Shown in pieces: positions 51,172 to 59,817 of a stretch of DNA of 64,000 bases. Source of the DNA: an uncultured delta proteobacterium (lineage in GTDB: Bacteria; Desulfobacterota; Binatia; UBA9968). The notes beneath the pieces are model-generated. The model ran no database searches. It worked only from the letters and a program-made list of their open reading frames with translations, and was not told the DNA's origin. How positions within the stretch are numbered: the first letter of the stretch is position 1; every line of letters starts with the position of its first letter. A program made the position numbers and the translations under genes. Where the stretch lies: contig CAVSHR010000002.1 in assembly GCA_963727625.1 (NCBI GenBank), positions 757,575-821,574 on the forward strand, given 5' to 3'.

Positions 51172-52596
51172 ATGTCATTTGAGTCGTTGGGCGATTTCAT
51201 CAAAGCGGCCGAGGCAGTCGGCGAAGTGCAGTACGTGGAGGGCGCCGATTTAGAAATGGACGTCGGTGGTTTGACCGAGTTGACCGCGGAGCGGGGCGGG
51301 CCGATGCTCGTCTTCGACAAGTTCGCCGGCTACCCCGCGGGCTATCGTGTCTGCGCCAACGCCAATCGGACGATCCGCCGCTTCGCCTTGGCCATGGGTT
51401 TGCCTATCGACATTCATCCGCTGGAGCTGCTGCGCCGCTGGCGCGACAAACGCGCGGGCGCCGTGCCGCTGTCGGCCCAAGTCGTGAAGGACGGCCCGAT
51501 TCTCGGCAACCTGCAGCAGGGCGACGACGTCAATATCGAAAAATTTCCTGCGCCGCGCTGGCACCCCGGCGACGGCGGACGCTACATCGGCACGCAAGAT
51601 ATGGTCATCCTGCGCGATCCCGAGCTGGGTTGGGTGAACATGGGCTGCTACCGAGCGATGATCCAGAAGCGCGATCGCGTGAGCCTATGGATCAACCCGC
51701 AGAAGCACGGCCGCATTCTCGCGCAAAAATATTGGAAGCAGGGAAAGGCCGCGCCGGTCGCCGTGGTGTTCGGCTGCGAGCCGGTGACCTGGATGACCGC
51801 GTCCATGTCGCCGCCCTTCGGCACCTCGGAATACGAACTGGCCGGTGCCTATCGCGGCAGTCCTGTGGATGTGGTCGAGTTACCGCTGACGAAACTCCCC
51901 GTGCCGGCGCAAGCGGAAATTGTCGTTGAGGGTGTGATTCCTCCCGAGAGCGAGGAGACAGCGATCGAAGGACCGTTCGGCGAGTGGCCCGGTTACTATA
52001 CGCATCAAGGGCCGGAGGCGGTGGTGCGTATCCAGCGGGTTTATTACCGCGACAATCCAATTATCGCCGGCGCGCCGCCGCTGCGGCCGATCAACTGGAG
52101 TAACTTCACCAACTACGTGCACCTCTGGGAGCATCTCGAGCGCTCCGGTATCACCGACGTCGCCGGCGTCTGGGGATTTTACAACGGCTTGCTCACCGTG
52201 GTGTCGCTCAAGCAGCGCTATGCCGGCCACGCCAAACAGGCGCTGATCACGGCCGCGGGTTTTCGCCACGGCGACATGAAAACTTACTACGTCACCGTCG
52301 ACGACGACATCGATCCGACCAATCAAGATGAGGTTCTGTGGGCGATGTGCACGCGCGTCGATCCGACCACCGCGGTCGACATCGTGCGCGACGCCTGGAC
52401 CGCCGACCTCGATCCCAGAGTTTCGCCGGCGCGCCGTGCGACCGGCGACCTGACTGTCGGACGCATGCTGATCAATGCGTGCAAGCCCTTCGCCTGGCGC
52501 GAGCAATTCGCCAAGACCAACGTGTTCAACGCCGAGGATCGGAAGAAGTTGCAAGCGAAGTGGGGCGACTTGTTGGGGAAATTAGGAAAAGGATGA
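51172..52596 (+). CDS. UbiD family (prFMN-dependent) decarboxylase
   Basis: DGGRYIGT, VNMGCYR, EGPFGEWPGYY, VDDDIDPTN..VLWAMCTR. Confidence 0.9.
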   Translation: MSFESLGDFIKAAEAVGEVQYVEGADLEMDVGGLTELTAERGGPMLVFDKFAGYPAGYRVCANANRTIRRFALAMGLPIDIHPLELLRRWRDKRAGAVPLSAQVVKDGPILGNLQQGDDVNIEKFPAPRWHPGDGGRYIGTQDMVILRDPELGWVNMGCYRAMIQKRDRVSLWINPQKHGRILAQKYWKQGKAAPVAVVFGCEPVTWMTASMSPPFGTSEYELAGAYRGSPVDVVELPLTKLPVPAQAEIVVEGVIPPESEETAIEGPFGEWPGYYTHQGPEAVVRIQRVYYRDNPIIAGAPPLRPINWSNFTNYVHLWEHLERSGITDVAGVWGFYNGLLTVVSLKQRYAGHAKQALITAAGFRHGDMKTYYVTVDDDIDPTNQDEVLWAMCTRVDPTTAVDIVRDAWTADLDPRVSPARRATGDLTVGRMLINACKPFAWREQFAKTNVFNAEDRKKLQAKWGDLLGKLGKG

Positions 52597-52613
52597 AGGC
52601 GGAAGGATAAAGG

Positions 52614-53771
52614 ATGGCCATGGAAATTAGACACAAACTGATTAGCGCGGACTCCCATGCGGGGTTCGATCGCAACGATTTCATCGAGCGCATGTCGGCG
52701 AACAAATGGGGCGAGCGCATTCCGCAGATTGTCGAGACGAAAGAAAACGGCAAGCGGATCGATCGCTGGTCGGTGTACGGCGAGCCGCGGCACAATGACG
52801 TCGCGAATTGCCCGGCGCTGATGGGCGAACCGTTCCCGACCTATCCGCAACTCTACGAGGAGATTCCCAAGGCGTACCACGATCCGAAGGCGCGGCTGGC
52901 GATGCTCGATGCCGACGGCGTCGACGCCGAAGTGCTGTTTCCCAATCCGCCCGGCGGGACTTTCTACGAGCCCGGCGATGTCGAGTTCGAGCTAGACGTT
53001 GTGCGCGCCTACAACGATGCGCTCGCCGAGTGGTATCGCGCCAGCGACCGCTATGTGCCCCTGGCGATCGTGCCGTACTTGAGCTCGCCGGCAGTGATTA
53101 AGAAAGAAATGGAACGCGCCGCTGCGGCGGGCCACCGCGGCGTCAACCTCATGGGGCAAATGCCGGACGGGCTGCCGCATATCACCGATCCCTACTGGAA
53201 TCCGCTCTGGGAGGTTTGCCAGGCGTTGGAGCTGCCGATCCATTTTCACGGCTCGGCGGGCTTGAGCGCGGGCGCGTCGGTGCGCAAGTGGAGCGGTTAT
53301 TCGCATCGCCAGGCCCATTCGGCGCAGACGGCGACCTCCGCGGTGACGCCTTCCCAGATCGTGCCGCAGTTTATTTTTTCCGGCATCACGGAACAGTTTC
53401 CCGGCTTGAAAAGCGTTTTTCCCGAGGCCGGTGTCGGCAGCCTGAACTATGTGATCGCTTCCTGCGACCATGAGTGGGAGAGCCGCCACCTCTGGACCGA
53501 AGGGATTGCCACGCGGCCGAGCGAGGTCGTGCGCCGGCAGATGTACGTGAATTTCTGGTTCGAAGCCGAAGGCATCAAGCTGCGCGACGACATCGGCGTC
53601 AATAACATCATGTGGGAGTCGGACTTTCCCCACGTCGCGTCTTACTACCCGCACTCCTGGCGCGAGGTCGAGCGCGTGCTCAAGGGCGTGCCCGAAGCGG
53701 ACCGGCGCAAGATGCAATACGAAAATGCCGTGCGGTTGTACAAGATCGACGCGGCCTTGCCGGTCGAATGA
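52614..53771 (+). CDS. Amidohydrolase family protein (Amidohydro_2)
   Basis: ISADSH, DADGVDAEVLFP, PIHFH, IMWESDFPH, ENAVRLY. Confidence 0.88.
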   Translation: MAMEIRHKLISADSHAGFDRNDFIERMSANKWGERIPQIVETKENGKRIDRWSVYGEPRHNDVANCPALMGEPFPTYPQLYEEIPKAYHDPKARLAMLDADGVDAEVLFPNPPGGTFYEPGDVEFELDVVRAYNDALAEWYRASDRYVPLAIVPYLSSPAVIKKEMERAAAAGHRGVNLMGQMPDGLPHITDPYWNPLWEVCQALELPIHFHGSAGLSAGASVRKWSGYSHRQAHSAQTATSAVTPSQIVPQFIFSGITEQFPGLKSVFPEAGVGSLNYVIASCDHEWESRHLWTEGIATRPSEVVRRQMYVNFWFEAEGIKLRDDIGVNNIMWESDFPHVASYYPHSWREVERVLKGVPEADRRKMQYENAVRLYKIDAALPVE

Positions 53772-53787
53772 TTGATGAATTAGGAAA

Positions 53788-53863
53788 TTCACCGCCGAGA
53801 CGCAGAGGACGCGGAGTGAAGAGTTTAGAGAACCTTTCCGAACTCTGTGCCCTCTGTGGTGAA
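53788..53863. repeat. REP-like inverted repeat (CGCAGAG/CTCTGTG family)
   Basis: TTCACCGCCGAGACGCAGAGGACGCGGAG ... CTCTGTGCCCTCTGTGGTGAA. Confidence 0.6.
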
Positions 53864-53886
53864 AAGTTTGAATGAGGAAAGTTTGC

Positions 53887-55011
53887 ATGAAATTGAAATA
53901 TGGCTTCATCAGCGTCGACGATCATGTGCAGGAGACGCCCAACCTGTGGGCCGATCGCGTCGAGAAAAAGTTTCGCGACCGCGCGCCGCGCTTGGAAACG
54001 GCGAAAGATGGCAGCGAGCAGTGGATCTCGGACGGCCAGGTTCTTATCGACGGCCGCGCCGCCCGGGCCGGCGCCTTGATGGCGGACCGCAACGAAGATC
54101 CCAAACGTTGGGCCGATGTGCCGCCGGCGGCGTACACAGCCGCCGAGCGTTTGAAGGCGATGGATTCGGCCGGCATCGATTGTTCGGTGCTCTATCCCAC
54201 GATGGCCGGTTTGGCGGGCGAGACTTTTGGCCGGCTGGAAGATTCGAATCTCGAAGTCGCCTGCGTCCAAGCTTACAACGATTGGCTGCTCGATGAATGG
54301 GCGCGCGCCAGCGATCGCTTCATCCCGCAGTGTCTCGTGCCGATCTGGCCGGTGGAAGCGGCGATCACCGAGGCCAAGCGTGCCGTGGCCAAAGGCCATC
54401 GCGGCGTGATCTTTCCGTCCTTGCCCATGCACCTGCGCAAGGTCCCCCACATCAGCGGCCCGGAGTACGATCCGTTCTGGTCGGCTTGCGAAGAGTTGAA
54501 TGTGCCGGTCTGTCTCCACGCCGGGGCCTCGCCGGAGTTGCAGTCGCCGCTACCACCACAGATGAAGCCGGCGTTAGCCGCTGCCATCGACGCGGTGACC
54601 AAGCCGGTGTCGAGTGTGTTCGTGCTCTCGCTTTACTCGTTCTCGCGCGTCCTGCTGCGTCATCCGAAACTGCGCTTGGTCTTGGCCGAGAGCGCGCTCA
54701 GTTGGGGTATGCTCTATCTAGAATGGGCCGATCACCAGTTCGAACATGACGGTCTGGCCCGCGAGGGATACGATCTCACGCCGTCGCAGATGTTCAAGCG
54801 CCAGTGCTTTTTCAACTCCTGGTACGACCCGATCGCGCCCTTCACCGATTACATCGGCGCCGATCACATCCTCTGGTCGGCCAATCTCCCGCTCGCCAAT
54901 TCCACCTGGCCGCGCACCCAGGAAACTATCGATCATTGTTTCAAGGGTGTGTCGAAGGAAGCACGGGAAAGAGTTTTGTGGAAAAACGCGGCGGAGCTAT
55001 ATCGTTTGTAA
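53887..55011 (+). CDS. Amidohydrolase family protein (Amidohydro_2)
   Basis: ISVDDHVQE, GIDCSVLYPT, PVCLH, KNAAELY. The usual SDYPH motif is replaced by SANLPL. Confidence 0.86.
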   Translation: MKLKYGFISVDDHVQETPNLWADRVEKKFRDRAPRLETAKDGSEQWISDGQVLIDGRAARAGALMADRNEDPKRWADVPPAAYTAAERLKAMDSAGIDCSVLYPTMAGLAGETFGRLEDSNLEVACVQAYNDWLLDEWARASDRFIPQCLVPIWPVEAAITEAKRAVAKGHRGVIFPSLPMHLRKVPHISGPEYDPFWSACEELNVPVCLHAGASPELQSPLPPQMKPALAAAIDAVTKPVSSVFVLSLYSFSRVLLRHPKLRLVLAESALSWGMLYLEWADHQFEHDGLAREGYDLTPSQMFKRQCFFNSWYDPIAPFTDYIGADHILWSANLPLANSTWPRTQETIDHCFKGVSKEARERVLWKNAAELYRL

Positions 55012-55107
55012 TTGAACAGCGGCTGGGAAGAGGCCTGCGATCACGTCTCGAGTGTCGGTTAGCTGCACGGGGAGATTGGTGCTAAAATCACCACAAGAGG
55101 AGTGGCC

Positions 55108-55335
55108 ATGAAAACTGACGACATGGTTGTGCACCGCGATCCGGAGGTTCTAGGTGGAACCCCTGTTTTTGTCGGTACACGGGTACCTGTGAAAGCGCTT
55201 CTTGATTACATCGAAGGGGGACACACACTGGATGACTTCCTGGATGACTTTCCAACGGTGACCCGGACTCAGGCGGTGACGGTTTTAGAGCAGGGAATGA
55301 AGCTGCTGGTCTACGCCGATGCGAGTGCTGCTTGA
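55108..55335 (+). CDS. DUF433 family antitoxin-like protein
   Basis: DPEVLGGTPVFVGTRVPV..LDDFLDDFPTV. Confidence 0.88.
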   Translation: MKTDDMVVHRDPEVLGGTPVFVGTRVPVKALLDYIEGGHTLDDFLDDFPTVTRTQAVTVLEQGMKLLVYADASAA

Positions 55336-55639
55336 CGAGTGCGTTCCGCGGAGACTGCGGAGCGAAGTCCCGGGACATGAGGTAAAAACTGTTGCCGATA
55401 TGAAATGGGCCGGAGTGAAAAACGGGGAGTTGCTGCAACGTGCGGCTTCTCAGTTCGACGCGCTGGTCACGGTAGATCAAGGAATCCACTACCAATAGAA
55501 TCTCGCCGGTACTGCACTTGCTTTAGTTTTGATCCAAGCACCGAGCAACGACATCAAAGATTTGCGCGCCGCTATTCCGGAGCTGTTGCGAGTGCTGGCA
55601 ACACTTCAACCTGGACAGCTGGTGCGGATTAGAGCCTAG
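55319..55639 (+). CDS. DUF5615 family PIN-like toxin (in-frame TAG at 55496, likely an error for CAG)
   Basis: MRVLLDECVPRRL..W.GVKNGELL..FDALVTVDQGIHYQ*NL. Overlaps the DUF433 gene. Confidence 0.75.
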
Positions 55640-55679
55640 TTGGAGCGGTTGTTTCGAAAGCACGTGGAGGAAGATCTCT

Positions 55680-56090
55680 ATGAAGATCGACGGCGCTTGC
55701 CATTGCGGTAACATAACCTACGTAGCGGAGATCGATCCCGAGCGGACCGGCATCTGCCACTGCACGGACTGCCAGACGTTTTCGGGCTCTGCCTTCCGCA
55801 TAAGCGTCCCCGCGACCAAAGAGAACTTTCGCCTGAGCGGCGGACAGCCGAAAATCTACATCAAGACCGCCGAGAGCGGCGCCAAGCGCGCCCAGGCGTT
55901 CTGCCCCGAGTGCGGCACGGCGCTCTACTCCGCCGCTCCGGAAGACCCGCAGGTGTTCAACATCCGCGTCAGCAGCTCCCGCCAGCGGCGCGAGCTGAAG
56001 CCAAAGTCCCAGGGTTGGTGCCGCTCCGCCCGCGACTGGGTCATGGACTTGCACTCGATCCCGCAGTTTTCCCAGCAGCGGGGAAGGTAG
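55680..56090 (+). CDS. GFA (CENP-V) family protein
   Basis: GACHCG, CHCTDCQ, FCPECGT. Confidence 0.9.
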   Translation: MKIDGACHCGNITYVAEIDPERTGICHCTDCQTFSGSAFRISVPATKENFRLSGGQPKIYIKTAESGAKRAQAFCPECGTALYSAAPEDPQVFNIRVSSSRQRRELKPKSQGWCRSARDWVMDLHSIPQFSQQRGR

Positions 56091-56211
56091 GCTGAACGGT
56101 CAATCGTATTGTTTCATCGGCACCGCTCCGTATGACGCGCTCGGATGACGGACTTTTGACGGCTAGCGTGATGTCGGCTCTTCTTGCTAAAATAGTATAG
56201 GAGCATTGACC

Positions 56212-56496
56212 ATGAGACGAATTACCAAGGCCGACGTCATGCCGGGATATCGTATCGCGCTGGAATTCGATGACGGAACAACCGGCACCGTCGATCTTTC
56301 GGAAGCGGTCGGAAAGGGCGTGTTCGCTGCGTGGAGCGACCCAGGGTTTTTCGAACAGGTTCGTATCGGTACGTCGGGCGAGCTGGTTTGGGGCGACAAG
56401 ATCGATCTGTGCCCGGATTCGCTCTATCTCAAAGTCACCGGAAAGAAACCCGAAGATATTTTTCCGGCGCTGCGGGATCACTCCATCCATGCCTGA
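56212..56496 (+). CDS. DUF2442 domain protein
   Basis: LEFDDGTTGTVDL..GVFAAW.D..FFEQV..W...IDLCPDSLY. Confidence 0.85.
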   Translation: MRRITKADVMPGYRIALEFDDGTTGTVDLSEAVGKGVFAAWSDPGFFEQVRIGTSGELVWGDKIDLCPDSLYLKVTGKKPEDIFPALRDHSIHA

Positions 56497-56749
56497 AATA
56501 AGTCGCTTCTTCGGCATCGTGATCAAAATGTTTTTCGACGATCACAACCCGCCGCACTTTCACGCGGAATATGGCGGCGAACTCGCGTTGATCGATATTC
56601 GTACGTTAGCGGTGTTTTCCGGACGGTTGCCGCCTCGTGTAACCGGCTTGGTGATCGAGTGGGCCACGCTTCATCAGAAGGAGCTGCTCGACGACTGGCA
56701 CAGAGCTCGTGCACGGGAAGAACTTCAAAAAATCGCCCCACTGGAGTGA
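56489..56749 (+). CDS. DUF4160 domain protein, copy 1
   Basis: MPEISRFFGIVIKMFFDDHNPPHFHAEY..IAPLE. Overlaps the DUF2442 stop. Confidence 0.88.
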   Translation: MPEISRFFGIVIKMFFDDHNPPHFHAEYGGELALIDIRTLAVFSGRLPPRVTGLVIEWATLHQKELLDDWHRARAREELQKIAPLE

Positions 56750-56859
56750 GCCTGGCGTCACCGACCTGGATTATTAGCTCGCCAATCTCTCACTCGCGAG
56801 TTTGACAGTTGAAACGTACTTCTGCGAAGATCGGCGCCATCTTCCAAGGAGGGGTGAAC

Positions 56860-57255
56860 ATGGAAAACGCAAAGACCGATCCGATCGTCATCGAGCAGCC
56901 GGGCATGCGCATGACCATCGCGCACCGAAGCGGTGTCGGCGGCAGCGATGAAGGGCTGACGTTCGACATCACAACCGTCGGCCCGGAAAACGCGGGAAAA
57001 AGAATCCTGCGCTTCGACTGCTTCTACAAAAATCCTCACTATCACGTCGGCGCCTCCGGCGGCGAAAACGCCGCTCGACAGATGAAGGACGAAGGCATCG
57101 ACGACCCGGTCCGCTGGACTTTGGATCAGCTCAAGACCCGGTTCCCTGCAATGGTCAAACAAGCTGGCTACGAGGAAATCGCCGAGCGTATCGACCAGAA
57201 TGCGATTACCGATCAGCTCACCCGGCTAGAACCGGAAATACTCGCTAAATACTAA
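56860..57255 (+). CDS. Hypothetical protein with RFDCF-x3-PHYH motif, paralogue 1
   Basis: RBS AGGAGG. 131 aa ORF whose frame is conserved in the adjacent paralogue. Confidence 0.8.
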   Translation: MENAKTDPIVIEQPGMRMTIAHRSGVGGSDEGLTFDITTVGPENAGKRILRFDCFYKNPHYHVGASGGENAARQMKDEGIDDPVRWTLDQLKTRFPAMVKQAGYEEIAERIDQNAITDQLTRLEPEILAKY

Positions 57256-57331
57256 TCGACGGTGGGTGCAGACGGTAGGTTGGCAGAGATTGGTCAAGCG
57301 AAAGTCTCGTTCAATGATCCGCTGTTAAGAC

Positions 57332-57377
57332 ACGGAAGAAAAGGTTCGCGTCCCCTTTTTCTCCCCTTTCTCTCCCC
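57332..57377 (+). repeat. ACGGAA(G/A)AAAAGGTTCGCGTCCCCTTT element plus pyrimidine tract, copy 1
   Basis: Near-identical 27-mer also at 58203. Confidence 0.75.
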
Positions 57378-57639
57378 ATGCCTGAAATAAGTCGCTTCTT
57401 CGGCATCGTGATCAAAATGTTTTTCGACGATCACAACCCGCCGCACTTTCACGCGGAATATGGCGGCGAACTCGCGTCGATCGATATTCGTACGTTAGCG
57501 GTGTTTTCCGGACGGTTGCCGCCTCGTGTAACCGGCTTGGTGATCGAGTGGGCCACGCTTCATCAGAAGGAGCTGCTCGACAACTGGCACAGGGCTCGTG
57601 CACGGGAAGAACTTCAAAAAAATCGCCCCACTGGAGTGA
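57378..57639 (+). CDS. DUF4160 domain protein, copy 2 (extra A in a homopolymer, intact in the mirror arm)
   Basis: Near-identical to 56489-56749. Confidence 0.8.
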
Positions 57640-57750
57640 GCCTGGCGTCACCGACCTGGATTATTAGCTCGCCAATCTCTCACTCGCGAGTTTGACAGTC
57701 GAAACGTACTTCTGCGAAGATCGGCGCAATCTTCAAAGGAGGGCCGATCC

Positions 57751-58143
57751 ATGGAAAATGCGGAAGAGCGATCCATTGTAATCGAGCAGCCGGGCATGCG
57801 CATGACCGTCGCGCACCGAAGCGGTGTCGGCGGCAGCGATGAAGGGCTGACGTTCGACATCACAACCGCGGGCGCGGAAGACGCCGGGAAAAGAATCCTG
57901 CGCTTCGACTGCTTCTACAAAAACCCCCATTATCACGTCGGAGTCTCCGACGATCGTTCAACTCACAAAATGAAGGACGAAGGCGTGGAAGATTCCGTGC
58001 GCTGGACTCTGGAGCAGCTCAAGACCCGATTTCCGGCAATGGTCAAGCAAGCCGGATACGAGGAAATCGCCGGGAAAATAGACCAGCAAGCGATCGCCGA
58101 TGAGCTCACGCGGTTAGAGCCGGAAATAGTAGCAAAATACTAA
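57751..58143 (+). CDS. Hypothetical protein with RFDCF-x3-PHYH motif, paralogue 2
   Basis: Clearly homologous to 56860-57255, with RBS. Confidence 0.8.
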   Translation: MENAEERSIVIEQPGMRMTVAHRSGVGGSDEGLTFDITTAGAEDAGKRILRFDCFYKNPHYHVGVSDDRSTHKMKDEGVEDSVRWTLEQLKTRFPAMVKQAGYEEIAGKIDQQAIADELTRLEPEIVAKY

Positions 58144-58202
58144 TTGGCGTTGGACTCCTCTATGCGGCGTTAAGGGAGAGGCGGGCCCCAGTCACCGCCA
58201 CG

Positions 58203-58254
58203 ACGGAAAAAAAGGTTCGCGTCCCCTTTCTTTTTTCCCTTTCTTTTTTCCCCC
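58203..58254 (+). repeat. ACGGAAAAAAAGGTTCGCGTCCCCTTT element plus pyrimidine tract, copy 2
   Basis: Matches the 57332 element. Confidence 0.75.
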
Positions 58255-58550
58255 GGTTGGGCGGGAGATAATTGCGAAATATTAGTCGACGTTTGGCTGC
58301 GGCCGTGGGTCGCCACCCATTTGTCAGTGACGAGACTGGCTGAATGGTTCCCTGTTAAGGTTGGCAAGAGATCTGGCGAGTAAGTTTAGGAAGCACTAAA
58401 AAATGATCCGCAACGGTTACGACAAGAAGGATAAGTAGCGCGATTCTAGCTCAACCTGACCCTGCGATTCTGCTCGTTTTCTTACTAGACGACGTAGGTG
58501 ACCCGGTAAACGTAGGTGCTGTAGAAATTGGTGAAAACCGCGAGGTTTGA

Positions 58551-59180
58551 ATGTCAGACTCCGCCGCTTGCATCCCTCAGGCACAAGGTCCTTTCAAATA
58601 TCTCGCCTTACACGTTGGGGTGAAAGCTTTTCAAGATCTATGCGCACAGATCTGTGAAGAGAGTTTACAACAGGCGGTATCTATCTACAGGGAGGTCAGG
58701 ATGGTGGGCAAGACGCCGTCTTCCTCGTTCGTACTAAGGTCCGCGCGGATAATATTGAGGAGGGACAGTTAAGTGCAAATTTGTAGTGATCCACAAAGAC
58801 GCCTGAGACCCAGCGACCTTGGGGCAGAAAAGAAAAGCGTGCGCGAATTGGTAAAAAGCTGACGGGCGCACGCATACTATTTTGTGACCAATATGGGCGT
58901 GGACGCGCCGATCGCAGCCAAAATCCGCGAGAACCTCCGCAATCTAGGGGTAAAGGAACCATACGTACTGGGCCGTGAATCGATCACGCTCAAGATACAA
59001 GAGAGCCCGCGACTACGTGCGTTGGTACCGCGCATATAGGTTCGGGTGACTTACCATCATACTCGACGAAGAAAGGCAGCTCAAACACGAGTATTACTCG
59101 GTCACTTGATGCCGACATTGGGAGTATATGTGCCAACAGCCGCCCATCGACAAGCAGTACGCGTCTTGGGTGAGCACGGC
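58551..59180 (+). CDS. 5' part of a restriction-endonuclease-like (Mrr/PD-(D/E)xK) protein, probably fused to a STAND NTPase; cut by the palindrome centre
   Basis: Consensus of both arms: LHTLGWKAFQDLC..QDGGQDAVF..VQCKF..YYFVTN..SPRLRALVPRIYGLGDLSIILDER..YVPTAAHRQAVRVLGEHG. Many indels in each arm. Confidence 0.7.
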
Positions 59181-59181
59181 A

Positions 59182-59817
59182 CGTGCTCACCCAAGACGCG
59201 TACTGCTTGTCGATGGGCGGCTGTTGGCACATATACTCCGAATGTCGGCATCAAGTGACCAAGTAATACTCGTGTTTGAGCTGCCCTTCGTTCGTCGAGG
59301 ATGATAGATAAGTCACCCAAACCATATATGCGCGGTACCAACGCACGTAGTCGCGGGCTCTCTTGTATCTTGAGCGTGATCCATTCACGGCCCAGTACGT
59401 ATGGTTCCTTTACCCCTAGATTGCGGAGGTTCTCGCGGATTTTGGCTGCAATCGGCGCGTCCACACCCATATTGGTCACAAAATAGTATGCGTGCGCCCG
59501 TCCGCTTTTTACCAATTCGCGCACGCTTTTCTTTTCTGCCCCAAGGTCGCTGGGTCTCAGGCGTCTTTGTGGATCACAAACAAATTTGCACTGTACTGTT
59601 CCCTCCTCAATATTATCCGCGCCAACCTTAGTACGAACGAGGAAGACGGCGTCTTGCCCACCATCCTGACCCTCCCTGTAGATAAATACCGCCGTTGTAA
59701 ACTCTCTTCACATATCTGTGCGCATAGATCTTGAAAAGCTTTCCACCCCAACGTGTGTAAGGCGAGATATTTGAAAGGACCTTGTGCCTGAGGGATGCAA
59801 GCGGCGGAGTCTGACAT
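59182..59817 (-). other. Mirror copy of the endonuclease 5' fragment
   Basis: Reverse complement of 58551-59178. Confidence 0.7.

Noticed and set aside
55496-55498. In-frame TAG in DUF5615 as stop readthrough or pyrrolysine
   Set aside because: The other arm has a different lesion at the same spot and the family consensus is Gln. A sequencing error is more likely.
57610-57625. Programmed frameshift in DUF4160 copy 2
   Set aside because: One extra A in a homopolymer, absent in the mirror arm.
55012-58550. Integron attC sites
   Set aside because: GTTAG/GTTAAG cores occur, but there are no matching RYYYAAC boxes or proper stems and no intI gene.
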